Shown piece by piece: positions 41,027 through 50,380 of a stretch of 64,000 bases of DNA. The position numbers and the translations under genes were made by a program. Location: the NCBI GenBank assembly GCA_049324495.1, contig JBMOOP010000110.1:26027-90026 (forward strand), in the 5' to 3' direction. The stretch comes from Pseudomonadota bacterium (GTDB taxonomy: Bacteria; Pseudomonadota; Gammaproteobacteria; Pseudomonadales; JADFDG01). The stretch's first letter is position 1. Every line of letters begins with the position of its first letter. The notes under the pieces are model-generated. The model was not told where the DNA came from and did no database searches. It saw only the letters and a list, made by a program, of their open reading frames with translations.

Positions 41027-42004
41027 ATGTTCGATGTTGCCGCCGCGCGTGCCGCGCTTCTCCCGATCGATTGGGCCGACCCGGCACCCGCCAAAGGGGC
41101 GCTGGTCGATTATGTTCGCCACTACGGGCTTGATTTCGGTGGCCGCATACCCGGCCTGCGCCACGGCCTGGGTTTCATCGACGTCAGTACGCCGCAGCTG
41201 AACGACTACCGCATTGCCGTGCAGTTGTTCCAGGTGCCGGCACCGCGCGGTACGGTTCTCGTCGTGCATGGCTATTACGATCACGTCGGTATATTCGATC
41301 ATGCGATCGAGCATCTGTTGGCACGCGATTTCGATGTTGTCGCATTCGATCTGCCCGGCCACGGTCTTTCCAGCGGTGCGCCTGCAGCCATCGACAGTTT
41401 TATGGAATACCAGCACGCGCTGGATGCAGTGCTCACGGGCATGGTGCAGACCCGGTTGGCGGTCCCGCTATCGGTGCTCGTGCAGAGCACCGGCGGCGCG
41501 ATCATTATGGAGTGGCTATTGCGTGCCGGTTCAAGTACGGCGAGCTCGCCGTTTGCTGCTGTTGTTGCACTGGCGCCGCTGGTGCGCCCGGTGCACTGGA
41601 AGCTGAACCGTGTGCTGTACTACCTGCTGCGGCCGTTCCGTCAGCATATCGCCCGAAAATTCGCGGTAAATTCGCACGATGAGAAATTCCTGCGTTTTCT
41701 GCGTGAAGAAGATCCGCTGCAATCTCGACAGTTATCGACGCGCTGGGTCGGGGCGATGAAACGCTGGATCCCCCACATGGAAAACGCCACGCCCTGTGAT
41801 TACCCGCTCGTTGTCGTGCAGGGCGACGCAGATGGCACGGTCGACTGGCAGCATAACCTGGGCATAATCCGCATGAAATTTCCCCGCGCTTCGGTGAACA
41901 TGATTCCTGCTGCGTATCACCAGCTTGTCAATGAATCCCCTGAATTTCGCGCTCAGGTTTTTGCCGTGCTTGATCAGGTTCTGCCGCGCAGCGATGTCGC
42001 CTGA
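41027..42004 (+). CDS. alpha/beta-hydrolase (lysophospholipase-like)
   Basis: It has VVHGYYDH (oxyanion region), the nucleophile elbow VQSTGG, and a C-terminal Asp/His region (GDADGTVD ... YHQL). Confidence 0.7.
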   Translation: MFDVAAARAALLPIDWADPAPAKGALVDYVRHYGLDFGGRIPGLRHGLGFIDVSTPQLNDYRIAVQLFQVPAPRGTVLVVHGYYDHVGIFDHAIEHLLARDFDVVAFDLPGHGLSSGAPAAIDSFMEYQHALDAVLTGMVQTRLAVPLSVLVQSTGGAIIMEWLLRAGSSTASSPFAAVVALAPLVRPVHWKLNRVLYYLLRPFRQHIARKFAVNSHDEKFLRFLREEDPLQSRQLSTRWVGAMKRWIPHMENATPCDYPLVVVQGDADGTVDWQHNLGIIRMKFPRASVNMIPAAYHQLVNESPEFRAQVFAVLDQVLPRSDVA

Positions 42005-42014
42005 GGAGTTTCGC

Positions 42015-43337
42015 ATGTCGCACATGGACTGGAATAACCTGCTCAACCGTACCCGCTATCGTTCCAGTGATGAAGCGCAGGATGAGTTGGGCCGTTCGCC
42101 GTTCCACAAGGATCACGACAAGATCGTTTTTTCCGACGCGTTTCGTCGTCTGGGGCGAAAAACACAGGTGCATCCGCTCTCGCGCAACGATCATGTGCAT
42201 ACGCGGCTAACGCATTCTCTTGAGGCGAGTTGTGTTGGCCGTTCGCTCGGCATGCGTGTGGGCGAGTTGATGCGCATGGAGCTTCCCGGCGCACTGCCGG
42301 AATGGACGGGCCCCGCCGATCTGGGTGCCATCGTGCAGGCAGCGTGCCTCGCCCACGACATCGGCAACCCGCCGTTCGGCCACGCCGGTGAATATGCGAT
42401 CCGCGACTGGTTTCACAGCGCCGATGCACGCAGCCTGCTGGTGGCGTTGTCCGCCGAGGAGAAGAAGGATCTGCTGAATTTCGAGGGCAATGCCCAGGGT
42501 TTCCGCATGGTGACCCAGATCGAATACAACCAGTTCGAAGGCGGTATGCGGCTTACCTGCGCCACGCTCGGTGCGCTGATGAAGTACCCGTACAGCTCGC
42601 GGCATGTCGATCACGGCAAATACGGCGTCTGTCACACCGAGCTGCATATTTTGCGCGATGTTGCGCAGAAGCTCGGCCTGCTACAAATCGCTGACGAAAA
42701 ATGGTGCCGCCACCCGCTGGCATATCTCACCGAAGCGGCTGACGACATCTGTTATGCAATCATTGATCTTGAGGACGGCAACGAGATGGACATCCTTGAC
42801 TACGAGGATGTTGAACCGATCTTTCAGCTGCTTTCCGACAACGAGCGGCCGGCAGCGGTGGATAAATATTCAGATCGCCGTCGCCTTGCAGCCTGGCGCG
42901 GCAAGGTGGTGGAGCGGTTGGTGACGGAAGTCTCGAACGTGTTCGTGCGGCAGCAGGCGGAATTGTTGCGCGGTGCGCTTGATGGCGACCTGATCGACTA
43001 CTGCCATCCGAATGTGCGCGACGGTATTCGGGCCGCCAAGCAGCTTGCGCGCGAGAAGATTTTCAACAATCACCGCAAAACCCAGATCGAAATCGGCGCG
43101 TTCTCGACCATTGCCGTGTTGCTTGAGGCGTATTCCGGAGCAATCCACGAACTGCATGCGCGTGGCGATTCGAATTTCCGCAATCGCAAGTTGCTGGGGC
43201 TGATCGCGAACAACCAGCCGTCGGCAGCGGAATCGATGTATTTGTCGTATATGCGTGTTGTCGATTTCATCGCCGGCATGACCGACAACTATGCGATCGG
43301 CCTTGCGCACCAGATTACCGGCAACCGGTACGACTGA
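42015..43337 (+). CDS. dgt: dGTPase-family deoxynucleoside triphosphate triphosphohydrolase-like protein (HD domain)
   Basis: ATG at 42015 is preceded by GAGGAG. It has FHKDHDKIVFSDAFRRLGRKTQV, TRLTHSLE, CLAHDIGNPPFGH and MTDNYA motifs. Confidence 0.85.
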   Translation: MSHMDWNNLLNRTRYRSSDEAQDELGRSPFHKDHDKIVFSDAFRRLGRKTQVHPLSRNDHVHTRLTHSLEASCVGRSLGMRVGELMRMELPGALPEWTGPADLGAIVQAACLAHDIGNPPFGHAGEYAIRDWFHSADARSLLVALSAEEKKDLLNFEGNAQGFRMVTQIEYNQFEGGMRLTCATLGALMKYPYSSRHVDHGKYGVCHTELHILRDVAQKLGLLQIADEKWCRHPLAYLTEAADDICYAIIDLEDGNEMDILDYEDVEPIFQLLSDNERPAAVDKYSDRRRLAAWRGKVVERLVTEVSNVFVRQQAELLRGALDGDLIDYCHPNVRDGIRAAKQLAREKIFNNHRKTQIEIGAFSTIAVLLEAYSGAIHELHARGDSNFRNRKLLGLIANNQPSAAESMYLSYMRVVDFIAGMTDNYAIGLAHQITGNRYD

Positions 43338-43368
43338 GCGTTGCCAGCCCCAGCCGTACCCGTCTGGT

Positions 43369-43464
43369 TCAACCCTTCTTGGCGGCCTTGTCGGCCCGCT
43401 TTTCTTTCAGGGTTTTTTCAGGTTTTTTCTTGGTTTCCTTCCGCTTTTCCATACCCTTTGCCAT
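43369..43464 (-). CDS. 31-aa lysine-rich small basic protein (unannotated sORF)
   Basis: My own translation gives MAKGMEKRKETKKKPEKTLKEKRADKAAKKG*. A strong GAGGAG lies 8 nt upstream of the ATG. It occupies an otherwise unexplained 185-bp gap and falls below the ORF-track cutoff. Confidence 0.4.
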   Translation of the reverse strand: MAKGMEKRKETKKKPEKTLKEKRADKAAKKG

Positions 43465-43522
43465 GGCGCGCACTCCTCGTGGTTAATGATCTGTGGGGCC
43501 CTTCATCATGCCATCTTGCGGC

Positions 43523-44506
43523 TCACCAGGTGAGTGGTTTGTCGCTTGATCCCGGGGTTATCGCCGGTGCGGCAGTTGGTGCGGCAGGCATTGCATCTGC
43601 CGGTTCTGCCTCCTGCGCCAGCGCTGCGCCGGCCACCTGCCTGGCCAGTGCGGTGAACAATTCGCCGGCCTCGAAGTCGTTGCGTTTGGTCCACGAATAG
43701 CGGTTCTTCTCCTTGCGCTGGTTGTCGAAAGCAACGTTGCCGGCAGCCAGCAGCTTGCCGGTGGCCGCTTCCACCATGCGCCAGGTGAGGCGAATTTCGT
43801 CGGTCTTCTTCGGCTTGCTGCCGTAGGCGCCCGGTTCGGCTTCGGTACGCGCTTCCTGCACGCGCCCAACCATCAGGAAATCCGCGCCGACCGAGGCGCC
43901 GAGTTTGGTGAGCTCTTCCGGTGCGGCATCGGCGCCGAGTACTGCTTTTTCGAGACCCAGCTCGGCAAAGAAATCGCGGTTCACTACCACCACGCCCTGT
44001 TGCGTGCTTATCTGGGTCACCAGATGATCGGCGAGGCGCTGCGAAAATGCCATCGCGTCGCCATGATCGGCGAGGCGATAGCTGTCGAGTGTTACGCGGA
44101 ACGGCAGCACTGCAATGCGTTTTTTCCCCGCGTCGCTGATCGCCGATTCAAAGCTTGGCACCAGAGCGCGGATGCGCACATAAACGCTTTTGTCCGTCGC
44201 GCGCTGCTCCAGTACCTGATAGCTGCGCACAAAACCGCGCGACTCGGTGTAGACATCCTGCACAGGTTTTGTGGTCTTCTCGATGACCGTGCCGTCGGCA
44301 CCGGCAACAATCGCCAGCGTCTCCTCGACGCTGCGGTCGACACCGGCGGCCGAACCGCGCACCTGGCGCACCGCTTCCACCAGCGCATTGGTCACGGCTT
44401 CCTGCTGGGTTGCGCCGTAGCCTTCCGTTTCCCGGGTAACATCATTCGTTGCCGCGAATGCGGCGGATGACAGCGTCACCAGTACCAGCAACAATGCATG
44501 CCACAT
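43523..44506 (-). CDS. secreted protein with LPP20-like N-terminal and CsgG/FlgO-like (KKRIAVLPF) region
   Basis: It has a signal peptide (SSAAFA/AT). The segment EGYGATQQEAVTNALVEAVRQV resembles the LPP20/FlgP family, and GKKRIAVLPFRV resembles CsgG/TolB-N-type lipoprotein domains. GGGAGGA precedes the ATG. Confidence 0.5.
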   Translation of the reverse strand: MWHALLLVLVTLSSAAFAATNDVTRETEGYGATQQEAVTNALVEAVRQVRGSAAGVDRSVEETLAIVAGADGTVIEKTTKPVQDVYTESRGFVRSYQVLEQRATDKSVYVRIRALVPSFESAISDAGKKRIAVLPFRVTLDSYRLADHGDAMAFSQRLADHLVTQISTQQGVVVVNRDFFAELGLEKAVLGADAAPEELTKLGASVGADFLMVGRVQEARTEAEPGAYGSKPKKTDEIRLTWRMVEAATGKLLAAGNVAFDNQRKEKNRYSWTKRNDFEAGELFTALARQVAGAALAQEAEPADAMPAAPTAAPAITPGSSDKPLTW

Positions 44507-44558
44507 GGCGGCATCCTCCCTGTGTCGATCAGGCGGGCGAGCGATTTGCGGATGCCAA

Positions 44559-45164
44559 CTACATGCCCAGCAGTGACTTGCTCTTGGTCTTGCGAATTTC
44601 CTTCTCGCCCTGCCACTCGACGATGCCGCTCTGCAGGTGCATCAATTTCAGGGTGAACTTGTAATACACATCCCGGGTTTTACCGGCCTGCTTGACGATG
44701 CTCGACAGGTTGCCATACAGCATGTATTCGGCGCCGATCTGCTGACCGATCTTCACCGCAGTTTTGGCGTCGACATTGCCGGATTCCTGCTGGAAGTCGA
44801 GTTGCTCCTGCACCTGCTTCACGGCTGTCATGTCAACGAAACGGAACTTGCCGGAGTTGATCACCTTGGTCTGGATGGTGTCGGTAATCGATTCGGTATC
44901 AATGTGTTCGGTCGTCTTGTTCTTGACCTTGTCGACAAAAATGACCGGGCGACGCTGCGCCGTTACTTGTACAACCGGCGGGAAAGCCAGCATGTCGTCG
45001 GTCATTTTGCCGGCGATCATCTGCAGGTCGGTGGAGCCGAAATCGGTGTTGACGGTTTCAACCGCCTGGGCGTCACCGTAGGCGACCTTGTTGGCGCAAC
45101 CGGTGAGCAAACCGGTACTGATGAGTGTGGCACCGACCAGCGTGGTGACGAAAATGCGCTTCAT
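44559..45164 (-). CDS. LpoB/YcfM-like (COG3417) lipoprotein
   Basis: It has the lipobox LLTGC. The pattern TVNTDFGSTDLQMIAGKMTDDML...VDKVKNKT...SGKFRFVD matches the penicillin-binding-protein activator LpoB family. Confidence 0.65.
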   Translation of the reverse strand: MKRIFVTTLVGATLISTGLLTGCANKVAYGDAQAVETVNTDFGSTDLQMIAGKMTDDMLAFPPVVQVTAQRRPVIFVDKVKNKTTEHIDTESITDTIQTKVINSGKFRFVDMTAVKQVQEQLDFQQESGNVDAKTAVKIGQQIGAEYMLYGNLSSIVKQAGKTRDVYYKFTLKLMHLQSGIVEWQGEKEIRKTKSKSLLGM

Positions 45165-45203
45165 GTTCTTTCTCCTTGTGGGTAAGCGACCGACAGTCGT
45201 GGC

Positions 45204-45608
45204 TTAGGGTTTTTCCTGCAGGAACAGCTTGAACGTGGCGGCGGTGGGATTCGGGGCCAGCGCCTGCAGCGATTTTGTTTCATGCGCCATGATGGCAACC
45301 GGGGTCCAGCCGGTGCTGTCCGGGTTGAGCTCCATGCCGTTGGCGTCATACCACTTGAATCGGTACTCGAAGGTATAGCTGAAGTTGGAGTCGTTCTGCA
45401 GTTCGACGCTGGCCCTGGCCAGATCGCCGGCCCTGGCGGTGACGACCTTGAGCACGTCGAGGCGATCCTTGGTGTCGCCGGCGGTAATCACCTGGTATTT
45501 CACCGGGTCGTCGTCGCCGGCCGACACGGACTTGAGCCCGCTGCAGCCGACGGTGAGGGCGACCATGATCGTGGTGAGAATCGTAGCGAGAAATGCACGG
45601 TATTTCAT
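45204..45608 (-). CDS. YcfL-like (DUF1425) lipoprotein
   Basis: It has the lipobox TVGC, is 134 aa and beta-rich, and carries the motif YRFKWYDANGMEL typical of YcfL. It is adjacent to the lpoB-like gene, as in enterobacteria. Confidence 0.6.
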   Translation of the reverse strand: MKYRAFLATILTTIMVALTVGCSGLKSVSAGDDDPVKYQVITAGDTKDRLDVLKVVTARAGDLARASVELQNDSNFSYTFEYRFKWYDANGMELNPDSTGWTPVAIMAHETKSLQALAPNPTAATFKLFLQEKP

Positions 45609-45626
45609 GGGGTTACTCTCCTTGGG

Positions 45627-46994
45627 TCATAGCGCATACGTCTGGGTGGTCAGCCGCCCGTTCGCTTCGACAACACGGACGATAGTCGTTCTCCCGGCGC
45701 GAACGGCCACCGGCAGTGACAGGCTGCCGGTGGCACCGACAAATTCCAGCGACCGGTTGCCGGCCGGCAGCGCCAGGCGCACGCCCTGGGCATTGGCCGG
45801 CAGCGTCAGCCAACTGCGCAGGTCGGCCTGCTCGGAGACCAGGTTATAGATGTTGGCAGCAAACTGTCCGAGCACTCCGCCCTGTTTGGCCGCCTGTTTC
45901 TGGATTTCATACTTGGAGCGGGCACGCAGGATTTGGCGCACCAGCATGGCGGGCACCTGCTCCCTGAGCGCTTTCATGGCCAGCGCGCCGGTGTCCACCA
46001 GCAGCGCAGTCGTAGCGAGCGTGTTGTCGTCGCTGCGCACGGTCAGGGGCGTCGGCGGTGCGTAGTCGAGGCCGTCGTAAATGGGGAACTGGATGCTGAA
46101 CACCCCGCCGTCCATGGTTGGAATGGGCAGGCCGACCGGCTTTTTGGCCGGCACAAAGCCCTGCTCGAACAGCACCACGACGCTGCCCGTCGGCGGCGAT
46201 GCCGACGTGGTTTTCGCCGCCCGCCCGTCGAAATACTGGTTGGCACGGATCACATCGTCGCGCAGGACTGCGTTGTCCGGTGCGAGTTCGAGGGCCTTTT
46301 TGTAATCGACCAGCGCGTCGTTGTACTCATCGAGTGCTTCCCAGATGACTGCCGAGGTATAGAACGTGTAGCCGTTCTGGAAGGAGTTCTTCAGGCGACC
46401 GGCGATTGAGTCCATGCCGGTGAAATAGTTGTCGAACTCGCTGACGAAGATATTGTTCTGTGTTGCTTCGCCCTGCGCCTTGGCGATCTCGTCGGCGTAC
46501 TTCAGTTCGAGCTCGCGCTGCATCTGTTGCGCCCGGCGCAGCTCGACGGCGGCACCCTGCACATCGCCCAGGCCGAGATAATTGAACGCCTGGAACTGAT
46601 GCGCCATCACCCGCTCGTAAGCGTAGCCCTGGTAGGGAATGGCGTTATCGTTGGTGAGCAGCGCGCTGCCGGTGGCGCCGGCGCCACTGAGCGACAGTGC
46701 GGCCTTGTCGGCCACCGCCTCGAAGCCGGCGATGACGGTCTCGAAATCCTGTTTGCTGGTCGCGTAGTCGCCCTGCAGTTGCGCGAGGCGGGCGCGCTCC
46801 ATCAGGTACAGCATGCGATCGGCGTTGGCGCGTTTCGCATCCAGTTTCGCCATCACCGTTGCGGTATCGGCACCGCCCGGTGTGGCCTGCCGAAATGCCT
46901 GCGCCTGGTTCGGGTAGGGGTTGAACACGCTCGTTGCCGCGCAGCCTGACAGCAGGAGCGCGGTGACGGCGGCGAGCAGCGGGCGCAGCGGCAC
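45627..46994 (-). CDS. COG3014-like TPR-containing lipoprotein
   Basis: GTG start. It has the lipobox LLSGC and TPR-like helical repeats (YNDALVDYKKALELAPDN). It is conserved as a partner of YcfL/LpoB-like genes. Confidence 0.55.
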   Translation of the reverse strand: MPLRPLLAAVTALLLSGCAATSVFNPYPNQAQAFRQATPGGADTATVMAKLDAKRANADRMLYLMERARLAQLQGDYATSKQDFETVIAGFEAVADKAALSLSGAGATGSALLTNDNAIPYQGYAYERVMAHQFQAFNYLGLGDVQGAAVELRRAQQMQRELELKYADEIAKAQGEATQNNIFVSEFDNYFTGMDSIAGRLKNSFQNGYTFYTSAVIWEALDEYNDALVDYKKALELAPDNAVLRDDVIRANQYFDGRAAKTTSASPPTGSVVVLFEQGFVPAKKPVGLPIPTMDGGVFSIQFPIYDGLDYAPPTPLTVRSDDNTLATTALLVDTGALAMKALREQVPAMLVRQILRARSKYEIQKQAAKQGGVLGQFAANIYNLVSEQADLRSWLTLPANAQGVRLALPAGNRSLEFVGATGSLSLPVAVRAGRTTIVRVVEANGRLTTQTYAL

Positions 46995-47020
46995 AGACTG
47001 TCTTTGCGGTCGGTGTGCGA

Positions 47021-47602
47021 TCAGAACCGGAAGCCAAGACCGACGCGCGGGCCGGCGATGGTGGCGTTGTACGATATGCCCGTATTGCCTTCCATGTCAC
47101 CGTCGAACAGCGAAACGTAGCCGGCATCGGCGAAGAAATGGTCAGCCAGGCGGAACTGCAGACCGGCGCCCCAGGTGACACCCTTGCCGTCGATGTCATC
47201 GATATTCGAGAGCACTTCCGCCGTGCCATAGCCGAGATAGGCATAGCCGGCGACATAGTGATTGAACTCCGCTTGCGCGCCGAGGTTGAAGTTCAGCGCG
47301 GTGCCGAGTTTGGCGTCAAGACCCGATGCGTTGTCGCTGTTGAGCGAGGTGGCGAGGCCGGCGCCGACCCAGAAATTGCTGCCAACCGGCTGACGGATTT
47401 CCAGGGTGAGGCCGTCCGGGCTGGCCGAACCGCTGCCGCTGAGCGAGGGTGACGATGCGTCGGCGTCCGGTGCGTAGATGCTGCCGATGATCGATGGGCC
47501 GGCGCCGGCAGGAGCACTCAGGAGGCCGGCACCCAAGGCGGTGCCCAGGACGAACAAGGGCAGGGCGCGGATCTTCGTGGTGCGGGTCATGGCACAGGTC
47601 AT
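47021..47602 (-). CDS. small outer-membrane beta-barrel protein (OmpA-like beta-barrel/OmpX class)
   Basis: ATG at 47602 follows AGGGAGA. It has a signal peptide (LSAPAGA/G), Gly/aromatic-rich strands, and the C-terminal RVGLGFRF. Confidence 0.65.
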   Translation of the reverse strand: MTCAMTRTTKIRALPLFVLGTALGAGLLSAPAGAGPSIIGSIYAPDADASSPSLSGSGSASPDGLTLEIRQPVGSNFWVGAGLATSLNSDNASGLDAKLGTALNFNLGAQAEFNHYVAGYAYLGYGTAEVLSNIDDIDGKGVTWGAGLQFRLADHFFADAGYVSLFDGDMEGNTGISYNATIAGPRVGLGFRF

Positions 47603-47657
47603 GGTGTTGTTCTCCCTAACATGGACAACGAACCCGTCCGGGAGGACGGAGTATGGG

Positions 47658-48887
47658 TTAGAACAGTACGCGGGTACGGATGGTTCCCTCAATGGTCGAG
47701 AGTTTTTCCAGAGCGAGCTTGCTGTACTCGGCTTCAACGTCGATCACCACATAGCCGATATTGGCGTTGGTCATCAGGTACTGGCCGGAGATGTTGATCT
47801 TGTTGTCGGAGAAGACGTTGTTGATCTTCGACAGCACGCCCGGGACATTCTTGTGGATGTGCATCAGGCGGTGCGCGCCCGGGTGCGGCGGCAGGGCGAC
47901 TTCCGGGAAATTGACCGCCGACAGCGTCGAGCCGATGTCGCTGTAGCGGATGAATTTCTCGGAGACCTCCAGGCCGATATTGGCCTGTGCTTCTGCCGTC
48001 GAGCCGCCGATGTGTGGCGTCAGGATGACATTGTCGAATTTGCGCAGCGGCGACATGAACTCTTCGTCATTCGCTTTCGGTTCCACCGGGAACACGTCGA
48101 AGGCAGCGCCGACCAGGCGCAACTCGGCGAGTGCCTCGCAGGCGGCGTCGATATCGACGCAGGTACCGCGCGCGGCGTTGATGAAAATCGAACCGAACTT
48201 CATTTTGCGGAACTGCGCCTGGCCCATCATGTTCTGTGTGCTCGGCAGCTCCGGCACATGCAGGGTGACGACATCGGCGGTTTCCAGCAGCTCGTCCAGC
48301 GAGTTAACCTGTACCGCGTTGCCCAACGGCAGCTTGGTAACGACATCATGGAAGATGACCTTCATGCCGAGGCTTTCGGCCAGCACCGACAGCTGCGTAC
48401 CGATCGAGCCGTAACCGACGATGCCCAGGGTCTTGCCGCGCACTTCCCAGCTGTTTTCCGCCGATTTCACCCATACGCCACGGTGGGCGAGCGCATTTTT
48501 CTCGGGAATGCCGCGCAGCAGCAGAATGGCCTGGCCGAGCACCAGCTCGGCGACCGAGCGGGTATTGGAATAGGGCGCGTTGAACACCGGGATGCCGCGG
48601 ATCAGTGCCGCGTTGAGATCAATCTGGTTGGTGCCGATACAGAACGCGCCAACGCCGATCAGTTTGTGCGCCGCAGCGAATACGTCTTCGGTCAGGTTGG
48701 TGCGCGAACGGATACCGACGAAATGGGCATCGGCAATCGCCTTCTTCAGGTCGTCCCCGGCCAGCGCTTTCTTGTGGTACTCGATGTTGGTGTAGCCATT
48801 GCGCTTGAGGTTGTCGAGCGCGGTCTGGTGCACGCCTTCGAGCAACAGAAACTTGATACGGTCCTTTTCGAGGGACGTCTTCGACAT
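47658..48887 (-). CDS. serA: D-3-phosphoglycerate dehydrogenase (with C-terminal ACT domain)
   Basis: The start is at MSKTSLEKDRIKFLLLEG. It has the GIVGYGSIGTQ NAD site, the catalytic-region motif LTPHIGGST, and a C-terminal ACT-like segment RLMHIHKNVPGVL. Confidence 0.92.
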   Translation of the reverse strand: MSKTSLEKDRIKFLLLEGVHQTALDNLKRNGYTNIEYHKKALAGDDLKKAIADAHFVGIRSRTNLTEDVFAAAHKLIGVGAFCIGTNQIDLNAALIRGIPVFNAPYSNTRSVAELVLGQAILLLRGIPEKNALAHRGVWVKSAENSWEVRGKTLGIVGYGSIGTQLSVLAESLGMKVIFHDVVTKLPLGNAVQVNSLDELLETADVVTLHVPELPSTQNMMGQAQFRKMKFGSIFINAARGTCVDIDAACEALAELRLVGAAFDVFPVEPKANDEEFMSPLRKFDNVILTPHIGGSTAEAQANIGLEVSEKFIRYSDIGSTLSAVNFPEVALPPHPGAHRLMHIHKNVPGVLSKINNVFSDNKINISGQYLMTNANIGYVVIDVEAEYSKLALEKLSTIEGTIRTRVLF

Positions 48888-48979
48888 CGGGGGAAATCTC
48901 CAGTGGGTACGGCCTTGAAAAAGGCTGCGCATGATACCATGCGCCCCCCGAATTCGATGATTTCCAAGGGCTTGCGATC

Positions 48980-50380
48980 GTGCCCAGCCTGACCCCCACC
49001 GACACACAGAGCCAGACCGCAGAGCTCTTCCGCTCGGCAGTGCGGCGCATCCTGACCGACGCCGAGAGTCTCCTGCGATACGGCCGCGACTGGACCCGTG
49101 CCCAGGATCCGGCGCCAGCGTGCATCCTGTTGCCGGCTTCGATCGAGGAAGTGCAGGCCATCGTCAAGCTGGCCAACCAGCACCGCATTGCGCTGGTGCC
49201 TTCCGGTGGTCGCACCGGCCTCTCCGGCGGCGCTGTCGCCGCCCATGGCGAAGTGGTAGTTGCCATGGATGCCATGAACAAAGTGCTCGGCTTCAATGCG
49301 CTGGATCGCAGCGTGCAGGTGCAGGCCGGTGTGGTGACACAACAACTGCAGCAGTTTGCCGAAACGCAGGGCCTGTATTACCCGGTCGATTTCGCCTCCG
49401 CAGGCTCCAGCCAGATCGGCGGCAACATCGCCACCAATGCCGGCGGCATCAAGGTGATCCGCTACGGCATGACCCGCAACTGGATCAGCGGTCTTAGGGT
49501 CGTTACCGGCAAGGGCGACGTGCTGGAATTGAACAAGGGTCTCGCCAAAAACGCCACCGGTTACGATCTGCGCCATCTTTTCATTGGCAGCGAAGGTACG
49601 CTCGGCATTATTTGCGAAGCGACCGTGCAATTGACGCGCCCGCCCGCGGGCTTGACGGTGCTGGTATTCGGGGTGCCGGATTTTTCTGCCGTGATGAACG
49701 TATTGCACGCTTATCAGGAAAAAATCGACCTCACCGCCTTTGAATTTTTTTCCGAGCAGGCGCTGCGCCATGTGCTTGCGCACGGCGTGCCGCGCCCGTT
49801 CACGGCGCAGGCGCCGCTCTATGTGCTGCTCGAATTCGAGAACGCAAGTGAGGCGGTGGAAAGCGATGCCATGGCGCTTTTCGAAGCCGGCGTTGAAAGG
49901 GGCTGGGTGCTCGATGGCGTTATGAGCCAGTCGGTGCAACAGCTCAAGGATTTGTGGGCGCTGCGCGAGCGCATCAGCGAGAGCATCTCGAAATACACGC
50001 CGTACAAGAACGACATCTCCGTTACCGTTGCCAACGTGCCGGCCTTCGTGAAGGAGGTCGATAACATCGTGCAGGCGAACTACCCGGATTTCGAGATTGT
50101 CTGGTTCGGCCATATCGGCGATGGCAACATGCACTTGAACATCCTCAAGCCCGAGGCGGTGACGCGTGATGATTTTCTTGCCAGGTGCAAGCACGTCAGT
50201 GGCTGGGTTTACGCTGCGGTGCAGAAGTACAGCGGCTCGATTTCGGCCGAGCACGGGCTGGGCAATATCAAGAAACCGTTTTTGCATTACACGCGGGGTG
50301 AAACGGAGCAAGCGTATTTGCGCGCTATCAGGGCGGCGTTTGATCCGAATGGGGTTATGAATCCGGGTAAGGTGATTTGA
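48980..50380 (+). CDS. FAD-linked oxidase, D-2-hydroxyglutarate dehydrogenase-like
   Basis: It has a PCMH-type FAD-binding domain (LVPSGGRTGLSGGAV...) and a C-terminal GSISAEHGLG motif. It is divergent from serA, as in Pseudomonas. Confidence 0.8.
   Translation: MPSLTPTDTQSQTAELFRSAVRRILTDAESLLRYGRDWTRAQDPAPACILLPASIEEVQAIVKLANQHRIALVPSGGRTGLSGGAVAAHGEVVVAMDAMNKVLGFNALDRSVQVQAGVVTQQLQQFAETQGLYYPVDFASAGSSQIGGNIATNAGGIKVIRYGMTRNWISGLRVVTGKGDVLELNKGLAKNATGYDLRHLFIGSEGTLGIICEATVQLTRPPAGLTVLVFGVPDFSAVMNVLHAYQEKIDLTAFEFFSEQALRHVLAHGVPRPFTAQAPLYVLLEFENASEAVESDAMALFEAGVERGWVLDGVMSQSVQQLKDLWALRERISESISKYTPYKNDISVTVANVPAFVKEVDNIVQANYPDFEIVWFGHIGDGNMHLNILKPEAVTRDDFLARCKHVSGWVYAAVQKYSGSISAEHGLGNIKKPFLHYTRGETEQAYLRAIRAAFDPNGVMNPGKVI

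Noticed and set aside
42015-43337. The dGTPase as an anti-phage dNTP-depletion defence gene.
   Set aside because: Its context is purely housekeeping (fba and hydrolase upstream, envelope operon downstream). There are no neighbouring defence or mobile genes, and the sequence looks like the widespread Dgt-like housekeeping family. I see no basis in the sequence for a defence-island claim.
47634-47649. A possible rho-independent terminator after serA (CCGTCC-GGGA-GGACGG).
   Set aside because: It has only a 6-bp stem and a weak, interrupted T-tract on the transcribed strand. The next gene follows with its own RBS about 30 bp later. The evidence is too weak to annotate.
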